64,000 bases of DNA from Rotaria socialis (taxonomy: Eukaryota): contig CAJNYD010000551.1 in the NCBI GenBank assembly GCA_905331295.1, positions 62,001 to 126,000 on the forward strand, in the 5' to 3' direction. The notes below the pieces were generated by a model. That model was not told the origin of the DNA. It did not search any database and saw only the letters and a list, made by a program, of their open reading frames with translations. The position numbers and the translations under genes are program-made. This document shows positions 1-14,754 of the stretch, one piece after another. Position 1 is the stretch's first letter. Every line of letters begins with the position of its first letter.

Positions 1-1304
1 TTCTGATCGTTATTCTGTTGTCAGTTCTGTTCTGGTCGCCAGCGGTCTGACATACGAATGGGAATACTTATATGCTACTGTTTATAATCAAAGATATATT
101 ATACATATGAAGCAGTCTACTTATCAAAGCGGATAAGGTATCGTGATAAGAAATATAATGTAGTTTTACCATTAAGCGAAACATAAGCAAAATAATAATT
201 GTTGTCAAAAAGAAAAAAAACGACAAAAAGAAATACTCGATATAAGCGTATCGATTCGAGAAAATCTCTGTTCTTTCTCCCTAGTCTGTCATTTTCTTTT
301 CGCAATGAAATATGACTACAACTGTGATAGAACATTTGCTATCAATCATACATCTATATTCGTTACTATAAATCAAAATTGAGATACATAACCGCCACAT
401 TTTAAAAGATCCACTCCAAAGAAATAATTCTTAACACACTAAAATACTGAAGATAAATAATGAAAAACAAATAGATAATTCAGTTTTTATTATCGAATTC
501 AATGCTACTCCAAAGCACGATAAGTGCACTCGTAATGAATAATATACATTGTTATTTTAAGATTTTCGATTCATCTTTTAAAGCAATCGTTTTCTAGTAA
601 ATGCGTTCTATTATCATATTTCTATAAATAGTAACACTAATTGGAATAGATATTATTCATGCCATAGATAATATCAGTCGTACATGAGTAAAAATTGGAT
701 CCAATATTGATTAACAGAGAAATGTAAAATCGTTTGGCTAGCCAGTTAAAATGCCACCGATATATTTTGATTATAATTCGCATCGGAAAAGTCAAATCGA
801 AATCAAATATCTTTGAAAATTGACCGAATCGAGACTCGATTGTATTCTGTATATTTTTTTCATCTCGCAAACTTCTATACAAATGACCGTGATTGAATTA
901 AAAGCAATGCGTCGGATACTAAAAGAACAATTGAAAATTACTGCGTCTTAACAGCCGAAACAAAATATAAGAATAATAAAGAAATATTAGTTCTATCGGT
1001 TTCTTCGCTCTTTCATAAACACATTGATAATCAATTGTCTATTTCAATGCAGGAATAGAACAGCAAGTTTTTTGACCAAAAAAGAAAACAAACTATGCAA
1101 AATATTCTGTCAACTTTGTAATTATTTATTTATTTCCATCATCCTTATTTAAACAATCAGATAAATATTATAATAAAAAAAGAAAAAAGAAAAAACAATT
1201 TTTCACAATTTATAGGAAAAAACAATAAATTTTCGACCAATAATAATAATAACAAATAGTCTCATATTTATTTTTGATACTATATACAAATAAAAAATAA
1301 AATA

Positions 1305-4300
1305 TTACGGCAATAAAAGAAAGACACAGGTAAGTAATGCAGTGCCGAGTAGATCGCCGATCGCTGTCAAATATGGAATACACACATTGTCTGGATCACG
1401 TTCATGGCGCCATGCAAAAGCTACCATCCATTGAGCGATATAGAGAAGTATAGCAACCTATTTAAGATAAGATATATGTTTCATTTTCATTTTTATTTTC
1501 TCGAAAACAAATCGTACTTGAATCAGTGCTGCTAGAAGATAAAGGAGTACAAAAATAAACGAAAATGCATGATGATCAGCTGCTGATCGCCAAATAATAG
1601 AAACAAACACTAAATGACCCGGTATTGCCATCAGCAATAAAACACGCGTTGTTGATGCATTATTTTCTAGAAATTATGTTCAATTAGTTAAAAATTTTCC
1701 TAGAAAATAAATATGAAAAAGCATACGGTTAGAAAGAAAAACTTTATATGGATTGGGACAGATTTTTGCAGCATAATAATGTGATGTATCTTTGAATTCT
1801 CCCGGTTTACCATGTTGATGAAGAGCAGTGGAAAGTCGACTGGCGTGAACAGCTACTAAATTACCACCAACACCTATACACAAATAGACATACAATATTA
1901 ATATTGCAGTTGGAAGAGGATGAAGATTTGAGTTCTATATGATAAATAATTCGAATTACTACAATTTACAGTTCACACGTATTTACTATATTCTCCATGG
2001 AGTTCTACTTTGTATTTTACTCATATATCAAACATGATGAGCTCACTTTCCTTACGATAGAAATAAATTTCATGAGTAAAGAAAACTATTTACCATTCAT
2101 AACAGGTTGAAATACGGCAACACCGCGAAGTGTTTGAACAGCAAAATCCAATATTAGACCACCCACACTATATATTTGAAAAGAAAATGAATTAGATTTA
2201 TATTGAATCAACAATTATTTACCTTGAAATAAACATTGCAGCTATAACTGGTGACCTGTAAAAATTGAAAGACTCGTAGAATACAAAGATTCTTGTAAAT
2301 CTGCTTAGTTACCATCCATGAATAAGTACATCTTTAACATATGCATTGCGATAAGAAATTACAATCCATACGGGCGTTAAAATTAAAAATATAACTGTTA
2401 TCATGATAGGTAACCATGTATAATTATCTAGGTCAACAAAAAATTTTGTTTCAACGAATCGTTTCAAATCTATCCTAGTCTTACCAATGATTTTAAATAA
2501 AAAACCGCCAATGCCAGCTAAAACAGCAAGCGTTGTTAAATCTCCTAGTGATGCTGCAATTGGTGTCGCAATATTATCTGGATTAATTTTACATTTATGT
2601 GAACCGACAATCACACCAATCATGATGCCACCTTAAGATAAATAAAAACAATTCATAGGACACATCATGTGGACGGAACCTAAACTCTACGATTGGTCAC
2701 CACATGTATATTGTTAAATAAAAATTGAACGCAAGGTACAAGTGACTAGAAATTCTTTTCGATATAACAGCGAATTCATGAATCCCTCAAAATGGACAAT
2801 ATATCTATTACAAACCTAATACTAGCGAAGCAATGGATGCTGTTGAAACACTACTACTACACAGAACAAGTGCATGTCGTATATTAAAATTTCCTTGTGG
2901 TACCCAGCCCATCGCAAGTGAGACAAGAGCAGCCAAAAACCCAACAATAATAGCTTGTAATTGTGTTAAAACTATATTTCCAACAATCATACTTTTAAGT
3001 TCAGATTTTTTATCCATATTTCCAATATTAGCCTAAATAACGAAAATCGTGTGTTTTTTTTCTAGTGAAAAATGTCGTTTGTGAAACTCAAATATTTCAC
3101 TAAGGATATATGTGAATAGAATTTTACAAGTACGAACGAAAATCAATTTAGTTCCGCAATAGTGGTGGGAACCTTCATAATCTATCGTTGTTTTTTGAAC
3201 AACAACGGAATGACTCTAACATAAAATTTAAGCAATATTTCGAAACATTTCTTAAAATTTTAGAGAAAAGAACACAATTTTTGATCATAATCTAATAGAT
3301 AAACATCGATACTTGTTGTCGATGTGAAAGAAAGGTTTTTACAAGTGAATTCCGACAAGAACAAAGTATTTTCCATTGAACATTAAAAGCATTATTCTTT
3401 TGAAGCAACACATGTGAGTTCCACATTAAATTTTTTTTAAATCAATTTTCGGAAACATACTTGTGTAGATAGACGTGATGCTAATGTCATTTCCAAATTT
3501 CCTTTTAAACCAAGTAGAGCTGGCACAAGTATGTAAATTTCAGTTATTTCTTTAAATACGCTCAATTCCTAGAAATGAAAAAAAAAAAATAAATGCTTTT
3601 TTCAGCCCAGAGAATCTTCGAATTACTCTTTAGAGATGAATTTATATTACCTAAAGCTTTTTTTAGCATATCGAAAACACGCTAGTTTTTAGTTGAATTG
3701 TTCAATAGGTTGATGAGTTTAGATTATTTTCATCTTCGCATTCCATTGATAAGCAGTTTTAGGAAATTCTTGATACGATAAGTAGTTTGTCCTCATCTCT
3801 TATCTGTGTCTTTTTTAAAGAATGTTGATTATTTACTTAAGGCAACTGGCGAAATGTCATGAAAAGCTTTACTTCCTATTCAAACAGTTCCCATTGATGC
3901 AAAGTTTAACAGATTTCACTATTTTTCTTACATCATTCAATTCGAAAATAATCCGTAAGAGTAATTCTTGCTTGTAGACTCAAATTTGTTTTCGTCAAAC
4001 TGTGGTTTTTTTTTCGTAATCAGAGACAATTCGAAACACTTCTTTCTTAAAGCAAATATATTTAGCTTAGGTAAGCATAGCTATGCGTGCTTGGATATTT
4101 ACTCAAATAACAGCTTGATTAAACCAATCCTGAAGCATTTTATCGACAAAAAAATTAATTCTTTTTCATGCATTTTGAAATACTCTAGATTCTATAGAGA
4201 AGAAATCACTCAATGTTTTACATTTTCGATGATGAAAACAAAGTTGATGTGTACATAGTAGAAGGCCAATAACAGTAGACTAGTTAAAGTTGATCGAAAG

Positions 4301-5181
4301 ATATTTTCAATAGTGCATTCCTCCCACGCGTTGATCCGAGTCTGCTACAGTGTCGACAATACGAGTATTTCTTTTAGTTTAAATTACAACTATTAGCATT
4401 GATTACATTCATCAATAAGTTACATTTCAAAAACATCGAAAGTACTTCTCATATTTATACGACAGTCATACTCTTGCAAAACAAACGGTAAAAGTTCACT
4501 AAAATCTCGTGATTCATTGTCGACGAATAGGAGGTTCGTACTAATTCAATTGCTAGGATCTATTTTTTTAAACACAGATACTGCATTCAAATAATAGATA
4601 AAGTCTTATCAACAAAAGAAATAATACGAATGAATATCTTTCATTTATAAAGTAGTTTTGATATCTACTATGTACGATGATAATAAATACCCACCCCCCA
4701 CACCCTATCAGCTAATCAATACCTTAACACGTTCAAGAACAAGCCCAGCAGCGACCATCCCACAACCAGCAATCATAAATGGAAGAAAAACTTGACTGCC
4801 GACAATATACCATTTTTCAGCATCATCATCAAATACGGATGATAATTTTGTTTTCCGAGAGCGTACAACAGTTCCTGTAAACAACAGAAAACGTATTATT
4901 TTTAAAAATTTCGTCTCTTCCCTTATGAAACCTACCATTAGATATTAGTGCTTCAACTTCACTATCATTAGGGCTTATCCCGGAATCCGAATTATTATCA
5001 TTTTCATCATTTGTATTTGGCAATTCGATTGTTTCTGTTGTTAAAAAAATAAAAACAGAAGACTAGATCGACTAAGACATAGCAAGATATATTATCTACC
5101 ATTTCCTTCTAATGAACTGACAACCGTTTGACCATTTACTAAAAATACCTGACCATTGGAATTGTCAGTTTCATCCATCAT
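1305..5181 (-). CDS. SLC41A: SLC41 family (MgtE-like) magnesium transporter, multi-exon
   Basis: Exon translations contain [73 protein letters not shown] and [19 protein letters not shown], the two MgtE repeats typical of SLC41. Start ATG ([11 protein letters not shown]) at 5181, stop TAA at 1305-1307, GT-AG introns. Confidence 0.93.
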
Positions 5182-5458
5182 ATTACTATAAAGCGAAACA
5201 GCTCATGTATTCCGTATGACTATTGATCACAGCATTATGACAACAAGCGCCACAAACGATGTATTTCAATAAAATTTTAATTTAAGAAAAAGAATTCAAA
5301 AATGATTAATTTTTTCAATAAAAATTATTTTTTTCGAAATAAATATTATGCTATTAACGATTCATTTTTGATTGGTTCATTGTTTTTAGCCAATAAAAGT
5401 AGTTCGTGTATGCGCGTATGATGACGTTTACTCAAACCTATTTATTTTACACCGAAAT
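5182..5458. promoter_or_regulatory. Putative bidirectional promoter between SLC41 and myosin VI
   Basis: Only 277 bp separate the two divergent start codons. Opposed CCAAT boxes (ATTGG 5371-5375, CCAAT 5390-5394) and a TGACGT CRE-like site (5422-5427) are present. Confidence 0.55.
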
Positions 5459-7169
5459 ATGATAACACTAAATGGTAACAAACCAGTGTGGATCCGAGAT
5501 AGCGAACACGGATTCATAATTGGAAAAATTAGCGATATTGCTTCCGATAATGTGACCGTTCAACCCAGCGACAATGGAAAAGTTTGCCAAAACAAATTCA
5601 ATTTATAACTTTTGTTTATTTTATTTCCATTTCTTAGAAGCTTGTTGTCCCATACGATTCAGTGTTTCAAGCAGAAGAATATGACAAAGATGCGGATGAT
5701 AATTGTAAATATGCGATTCTTAAATTGATTTAAATTTTTACAATTGATTTGTTTTTGAAGGTGCGCTTATGTATCTTAATGAAGCTACGCTATTGAATAA
5801 TCTTCGCCGTCGTTATAAAAAAGATATGATTTATGTAATTGAAATATAAATTTTTGTGTAAATTTATATTTATTTTATATTTTCTTTCGTTAATAGACTT
5901 ATGTAGCTAACATTTTAATCGCCATCAATCCGTATAAAGAACTACGTGGTGTTTACAATGTCGATAACATGACACGATTTAATGGCAAATCACTTGGAGT
6001 CATGCCGCCCCATGTATTTGCTATCGGTATGGTATATTTTTTATCATTAAGTCAATTGAGCAATAAAATTCTTCTGAAAGATTTGAAGAAAAGAAAACAA
6101 TATTCATAACTGAACTACTTTCATCGAAAGCTAGTCATTTCTTACATCTAACAGTGTCGTAAAATATAGATGATGGCTAATAAAAGTATCGAAAGGTAGT
6201 CACTATTGAAATCACAAAATGTTTACCTTTCGACAAACGTAGAATGAATCACAAAGTGTCACTTCGAAATAACATGGTGAACATTTATTTTCTTAATCAT
6301 AAAATGTGATTTACACTGAAGTTTCCAGCAATGTAGTTAATCTTTGTAGAACAATAATCGGTTTGATTATCCTGCTAATAGCTAACAGAAAACGTTTTTT
6401 TTTATTCTAATTAACCCATTCGATTTTAAAAATAAATGTATTTCACGAATAGGTCACTTATGATATGTGAACTATTTTGAATAGGAAAAACAAAATAGTA
6501 AATTTAATTTTCAATATAAGTATGCCTTTCGCATTTGTAAAGTGTTATCTGATTGAAATCGAAATTAGATACATAGTCTTCAAAGGTATTATGGATCGAA
6601 TATGACAGTGAAATTTTTAATAGACCGAAGTGTTTCTCAAAACTCATGCTAAGAAAATCAAAAGGATTTGTTCAACAGTTCGCGCTCAGCCAGAGGGTGT
6701 TAATTACTTTTTACGGTCATGCTGATGTAAGACTTCCTGCTCGAGGACGTCACATTTTAGTGGATGATTATAGAAAGTATGGTGCATCTTCATTGCATTC
6801 AAATTATTAGATTTTTATAAATCATATATCTGATAGAAGGTACTCTATTGGTCACAATCCGATTTAGAATTGAATCAGGGCCTCAGCTAATGCAAAAAGA
6901 AGACTAAATTCTATAAGGTTCAGCAGTATCATAGTATTACATCATAATAAAGGCGGCAGGTGCATACAGAATATTAATGAGAAAAAAAAAATGTTAGTTT
7001 CGTAATATGAAAAATGCATAATATTTATGGAAGAAATATTTTATGCAAAACAGTAAAAAAGCTGTTTACAAAAGATAAACTTATCGAAATACATGCAACA
7101 CCTAAAAGTAATCAATACCGCCGAACTCAAATATAGATATACCATTAAATATAGTATTTAAAAGTGATA

Positions 7170-7200
<31 letters not shown>

Positions 7201-10200
7201 AATTTTTCTAGCCAATAGGTAATGTGTATGTCTCTACAGTAAACAATGAATGATAAATCAAATAGTATCAGGAAACGATTATTGATGAATTTTTCAATGA
7301 GGCATCGACTGTTTATTAAATGACACGGTTCTTTATCATAATTACAATATCAAGCTTTACTTTTTCTGTGTGCAATCTGTACTAACCACATGTAGAATAA
7401 CTCACAAATTAGAATTTTTATGGGAGCTGATTGCTTCTTATTCTCCAAGACATTTTCTCATAATCTGAATTAGATATTACTAAAAACTTCATCATTTCAC
7501 AATCAAAAAAAGATTTGTTTTTTATAGTACCACAAACATTCTTCGGATAACGATTTCTTTGCAATACTTGCTTCAGAAAAAAATTCTTCACTTTTCTTTC
7601 TTTCGACGATCACTTTTCTAACATTAGTTTACTTTTGAAAATATTTGCCGTAGTATTAATCCATGTGATTCTCATTTTGCTTATTTCTAAGAACAACACT
7701 TAAAAAACGTTATAACATATTTAAGGTGATAAATCTTATCGTGACATGCGTACAACTCGACAAAGTCAATCAATCATTATTTCTGGTGAATCAGGAGCTG
7801 GTTCGTAGATAAATTTATTGAGTAATTGATTTTCTTCAATTTTCTTTTTGTTTAGGTAAAACCGAATCTGCGAAATATGTGTTACAATATTTAACCGAAT
7901 CATATGGTTCTCATAGTGGTCAAATTGAAGATCGTATAAATAAATGTAAAAACAAAGAAGAAATTTCATTTAGTTTAATATTATTTCTCGTCTTGTATAT
8001 TTGTCTAGCTAATCCATTATTAGAAGCATTTGGCAATGGTAATTAAATAGTTTTTGTTTTATCATTTCTTACGAAAACTTAAATTTTCTAGCAAAGACAA
8101 CTCGTAATAATAATTCAAGCCGTTTTGGTAAATTTATTGAAGTTCATTTTAATGAAAAAGTGATTAACTCGTTTTCTTGTTGTTGTTGTTGAAAGCCAAT
8201 GAAATTTCTTTATTTTATTTAGTATCGTGTTGTCGGCGGATATATATCTCATTATCTACTTGAAAAATCTCGTATATGTGTTCAATCAAAAGACGAACGA
8301 AATTATCATATTTTCTATCGATTGTGTGCTGGTGCACCTGAAAATATTCGAAGTGCGCTACGACTGGCTCCACCAGATAATTTTCATGTTTGTATTTAAA
8401 TGAACCTATTCAATTATTGCAATTATCTTTTTCTTTTTATATAGTATCTTAGACGAGGTTGCACACAATTTTTTTGCAATAGCCAAACGGAAAACAAATT
8501 GTCAAAAAATCGTCTAAGTCAAGAAGTAAGTTAAAAAATATAAAAGATTCAATTATGCAGAATGTAACTAAAGGTCGGTTTGCTCACTGTATTAATAGAA
8601 TGAGGCGAGTTCTCCAGGATAATATCATTTCGGCACACATGAACTTTTTAACTTTCTATATTTTTGTTCTTTCAATTTGTTAAATCATATTCTATGATGG
8701 TTGTAAGGAGGTATTTTGAGTGAGTGCCTTATTACTGAAGATCTGCTCCTCCGAAACAAATACTGAATCGAACACAATTTCGTCAATACTAATCCAATGT
8801 TGAGTACTATTTTTCATAGCAAGCTAGATTTCATGCCCTACATATATCGGTCTAAATTAAAGACGCTCACTCGATTTCTCTTAAACTTCATCAATCGTAC
8901 TTTGTTTAGTTCCTTTCAAAAGGACCATTACGTGATCCGCAATTAGATGATGTCAATGATTTTATTGAATGTGATCAATCAATGGATCATATGGGTTTAT
9001 CAACTCAAGATAAATTAAATATTTATAGTACAGTTGCAGCCGTTCTTCATCTTGGAAATATTAATTTTGAAGACGATCCGGAAAGTACAAAAGGTGGCTC
9101 TAAAATAACACACTCAACTGAACAATCATTGAGCATAACATCTGAAATGTTGGGTCTTGATGTACGTGAACTTCGTCATGCATTAATAACACGAGTTTTA
9201 ATGACTAGAGCAGGAGGCAATAATAAAGATAATATGATTCCGTAAGCAATTTCAGTTCGCTTGTTTAAAATAAAGAAAAATTATGTTTTGTTTTTAAGTG
9301 TTCCATTAAAAGATCATGAAGCACAAAATGCTCGTGACGCATTGGCTAAAGCATTATATGTTCGATTATTTGATCAAATAGTTAGTTTTGTGAATAAATC
9401 AATACCGTATAGTTCATCGAATTCATACATTGGTATTCTCGACATAGCTGGTTTTGAATATTTTCCTATAAATTCATTTGAACAATTTTGTATTAAGTAT
9501 GATTTAATCGCCAATAGAATTTACTTTAAAAACATAATACTTTCTCTTTGCTTAGCTATTGCAATGAGAAATTACAACATTTTTTTAACGAACGAATTCT
9601 TAAAGAAGAGCAAGTATTGTATGAAAAGGAAGGCCTTGGCTTAAAGAAAATAAAATTCATTGATAATCAAGATTGTATTGGTATGTTTTATCCTGTATTA
9701 TTTTAGTATATTTCTTTTTCTTTCTTCTTTTATTTGAATTTAACTAGAAGTCTGGTAGGCACGAATTTTTATCACATTTGAGTGTATGTTCTGCATGAAA
9801 GTGCTTTTTTGAAAAGGATATTGATTTAAAGAAACATTTTTTACACTCAACATAGACTTGTCATAGTTTGAGATGTAATAAAATATCGATACATTATACG
9901 TAGAAAGAAAAAAAACAACACACCCTCTGATCTCACCTATAATTCAAGCTTTATTGTTTCGATGATCATGTTACAATTTTGTAAATATCTTTTTTTTTGT
10001 ATAAAAACAAAATCCTGGTGAAGGAAGTTTCGTAACTGATTGATAGCTTTTAAGCCGAGACTATTTGAATTTTAGAGACCCTAATGACCTATGGGGATGT
10101 CTTCAACCTTTGATTTGAAACTCACTACAGGATAGTATTGTAGCGATACATTTCATTCGAAATAATAGGTTAATGACTGAACAGGTAATTCTACATTTCC

Positions 10201-13200
10201 TATCGGTTGTTTACATGCGCAAGATATGCACACAATAACTGGATAAAAATAAATGCGAGCGATGAGTCTGGTTTCGATTTTGCTTTACTAATGAGTCACT
10301 CGATGATTGAATTAGATTTCATCAAGGTCATGCTGAAACTCGACGAAGAATATGCAAAGGCACAGTACAAGATGTACTGTAATGAATCTTAAAATAAAAC
10401 AGCGCATAATTCTAATCGATCGATTACAAAAAACTTCATATTGATAATATTGTAAGATAATATATCTACTATAATAGATAGTTTATCGTACTACAAAACC
10501 CTTGAAAGACTCTGTAGGACCTTATGTTTTGGCTTGATGAGCGTTTATCAGCTGCAAGGTTCTCTCTAAAAGCGTATATTCGAGATTATAACAAGTCTAT
10601 TGAAATGTTTTCTTTTTGTGAAGGCAGCATGATTTAGCGTCTTATTTGCATGACATATAAATATATTCCGATATTCTATTTTCTATTTGAAAAACAAACA
10701 TCGTTTCTTGTTTTAGAGTTGATCGAAGCGAAAACAATTGGTTGCTTTGATTTACTAGATGAAGAAAGTAAATTACCGACACCAAAACCTGAACATTTTA
10801 CAAGTGAAGTTCACAATCGTAATAGAGGTCATCCGAGACTTGATGTATGAAAGCTAAGAAACAAGTCTAATCAACTGTTGTCAAATAATTCATTTGAATC
10901 TAGATTCCACGAAAGTCAAAATTACGAGCTTCACGTGAAATACGTGATGATGAAGGTTTTCTTATTCAACATTTTGCAGGTGGTGTGGTCTATTCAACCG
11001 TAAGTTTTTTCCTAATGAATTAAAATTCATTATTTATTTTATTAACCTATTTCAGGCGCAATTTATTGAAAAAAATAACGATGCTCTGCATACATCTCTT
11101 CTAATGCTTGTTCAAGGATGTAAAAATAGTTTCATCAAGAGTCTTTTTCAAAACCAAGGCGAACTGGAACAATCAGCAGGAAAATTAAATTTTATTTCTG
11201 TTGGATCGAAATTTCGTTCGCAATTAGCTGAACTTATGAATAAATTACGAAGCACAGTAGGTTTTTTATGTTATGATAACCGGTAGAACTTACCTGAAAA
11301 TCATACGTCTGAAAATTATGAATGAGTTCAAGTCTTATCCGGTAACTTTGCTCACCGTACGAGGCTATGGGTTTGATCGTCGTAGAGTTTCAGGCTCTTA
11401 TGCGAATGTTTGTGCCAGTGTAATTCTTCTCTTCATCATACACCTATAGCTACATTGAAATAGCCATACTTTATATTTTTTCAACAATGTCAATTTCGAA
11501 TCTTTATCGATTCAACGCAGTAGCTGCCTTCATCTCATTCTGCCAGGACTAAAGATCGGCATTAATTGACACCTATCAACAAAACATCGATAACACTAGT
11601 CATAGAATCGATCTAGAAAAGTCAACAACATCTATCTGTCTCGGACTACTTACTGTTTTCGCAGCTCAATAATACTGTACCACACTATAATTTTAATTCG
11701 AGTTAGAACTGTTATCATCCACCGGGAAGCCCTTTAGACTATTGAATGTGTCATTAGTTCGTTAGAATACAAAAATCTATCTGCTTCTTTCTCATATTAA
11801 AACATTTTATCTAGAAATCATCTTTTTTTTGTTAAATTATAGGGCATTAGTTTCATTCGTTGTATTAAACCAAATCTGAAAATGGTAGCAAATCTATTTG
11901 AAGGTGGTCAAATTTTAAGTCAATTGCAGTGCAGTGGTAAGCAACAAAAAGCAGAAGTCATTTGAGTAAGATTGATTCTTTTTTCTCTAAATAGGCATGG
12001 TATCAGTATTAGCTTTAATGCAACAAGGTTTTCCATCGCGTACACAATTCTCTGAATTATATTCAATGTATAAAAAATATCTACCAGCTGAATTAGCTCG
12101 ACTTGAGCCACGTCTTTTCTGTAAAGCTTTATTTAAAGCATTGAATCTTCGTGATGCAGATTTTAAATTTGGCTTAACAAAAGTTTTTTTTCGTCCTGGA
12201 AAATTTGCTGAATTCGATGAACTAATGAAATCAGATCCGCAAAATCTAGCTGTGCTCATATCCAAGGTTAAAAAATGGCTTCTATGGACACGTTGGAAAA
12301 CAGCTCAATGGTGTGCTTTATCTGTCATTAAACGTAAGTTTCTTATTGTGTAATAAAAAATTATTCGCATTGATTAATTTTAGTCAAAAATAAAATTCTT
12401 TATCGACGAAAATGTTTAATTGACATTCAACGACATACTCGCATGCATTTAGTTTATAAACGTTATGCACCAAGGTAATGCTATATTTAGTATTTCAAAA
12501 AAAAACAAACATGATTATTAAGTTTTTTCTCTTCGTAGAATTCGAGGTTTGGTTAAAGCTAAAGCATTACATGAACAAGTAGCAGCAATGGAAAAGATTG
12601 CTAGTCAAATGAAAACGAATAAAGAACAAGTTTATCAACAAATACATCAATTGAAACAGTCTATCGATCAATTAATTCATGAAATTGCAGTAAGTTTTAT
12701 ACAGAAAAAAAGCTTGCTTTCGAAAGAGTAGCGAGTTTCTCAAAAGTTTTTGGCACGTAGATTTCGTAGGATTTGTTTCTAAGCAATAATATTTTCGAAA
12801 ATTGTTTACATGCTATATTCTATCTAGAACACTCACATGACCGCAACACAAATTGATAATGCATATAATGATCTTGTGGCTTCCATTGATCGAGAATTTC
12901 GCCGATTAAAACAAGTAGCTGCTGAACAAGAAATGAAAGATGAACAAGAACGTTTGAAAAAGATTCAGGTAGTATACTTAATAGTTCTCAGTTTCATAAT
13001 AACGAATATTGGTGGATTTTGTTTTAGGGTGCATTAGAAAATGAAAAACTTATAAAATCTGATGAAGATAAACGTTTCGAACAAGAAAAAGACGAATTTC
13101 GACAGTAAGATTCTGATATTGCTTCCAGTGTTCTTTTTATTTTCATGTACTTATAATTAAAAGGCGTTCAGCTATAGAACAACGGCGAGCGGAACAAGAA

Positions 13201-14497
13201 AGACTGATGGGTAAAGTAAATGCTGAAGAATCTCGCCGCCGAGTAAGAATGAAATATTTTCAATATAACAAATTCAAATGATGACTGACTTTATTTTCAG
13301 AAAGAACTTCAAGAGCAGGAACTGGCGGAAGAAGCTTTTCTATCAGAAATGAACGAACGTGAACGGCGTGATTATGACTTAGCACGACGTATTGCTTTAG
13401 AAACAGGTAGTGAAGCTGATTTACCACATTTGCAACGCAAATCTCGTTCGACTATCAATCCAAAATATGATTTACGGGGACATACTTATGCACAACTACG
13501 TGATCTAATTAATACATCGTGTGGTAAAATGTCTACAGAAAAGAAAGAAGAATAAACGTAATTTTATTTATTGATGTTTTAGATCTCGACTTACTTGATG
13601 CATGCCGTGAAGAATTTCATCGACGCTTGAAGGTTTATCATGCGTGGAAATTAAAAAATCGAAAAGGAAAAAATCTATCGGCGGTCGATGATAAAGATGA
13701 TGAGTTGGATGAAGATCGAGCACCGCAGGCTATTTTAAATAATGGTAAATTAAAATCTATATCGAAATAGATGCCAGTAAGACTTGACTGACGCATTTGG
13801 ATAGAATTGATATGTATAAGAGAGATTGGAGATCAAATGTTTCGCTATCGAAAGCAAAAGATTATGAATGATTTTTAAAAAATAAAAACTTACAATACTA
13901 TTATTATTATGATTCTAGCTGTGTCTGTGTCATCGGCAAGCAGTGCGTCGAAAAAAGGTGGGCAAGGAGCGACAGCATCTTCTAATTCTAAAGGCGGCGG
14001 TAGTGGTAAAGCTAGCGAACAGCGTTTTTTTCGCATTCCATTTCTTCGCCCCAATGAACGAAGTAGTGATGCCAGTGATCAAAAAAAGACTGGCTGGTGG
14101 TATGCTCATTTCGATGGTAAAAACAATGATATAACAATTTGTTTTTGTCTGTTAAAATAAAATTTAAAAACATTCTCTAGATAAATGGATTGCTCGTCAA
14201 ATGGAAATTCATCCGAACAAAAAGCCCGTTTTACTCGTTTCAGGTTAATTTTCTTTTTTTTTTTTTATTAAAATTAGTTCAAGCTGTTTTTTTCTTGTGT
14301 CAATAGGTATCGATGATATGAATATGTGTGAATTAAGTTTAGATGAAACAGGCTTACCTGCGAAAAAGGGTGCTGAAATACTAGAAAATGATTTTGAACA
14401 AGAATGGCTTAAGAATGGAGGTCGAGAATATTTGAAAAAGCATCACAAAAAAATTAGTTCAAAATATGTTCTTCAATCGCTTGAAAAACATCGTTAA
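5459..14497 (+). CDS. MYO6: Unconventional myosin VI, multi-exon
   Basis: N-terminus [20 protein letters not shown]-loop GESGAG|KT is split by an intron near 7800; [22 protein letters not shown] and switch [10 protein letters not shown] are present, plus the myosin VI insert-2 region ([23 protein letters not shown]). The cargo-binding tail has RRL ([14 protein letters not shown]) and WWY (GWWYAHFD) motifs. Stop TAA at 14495-14497. Confidence 0.97.
7168..7200. repeat. (TA)n(TG)n compound microsatellite in a myosin VI intron
   Basis: tatatatata...tgtgtgtgtg run seen directly. Confidence 0.85.
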
Positions 14498-14754
14498 AAA
14501 ACAAAATTTTCAATTCAAAATACAGTAGAACCCATCGATTTTTATTTCGTGCTAATTTTTCGCTTTGAATTCCGCGTCCAATACTCAATGTGATGATCTT
14601 TCCTTTTTTTCTCTTTTCTCATTTTTTTAATTTTTATTTCTAAGAATGGGAGGATGATCTCTTTCTTCTCATAATTTTCTTTTTAGTTCTATTTAATATA
14701 AATAAATTTATTTATTTTATTTCAGATGAATTAATTAATAAAAATTGAATAGTT

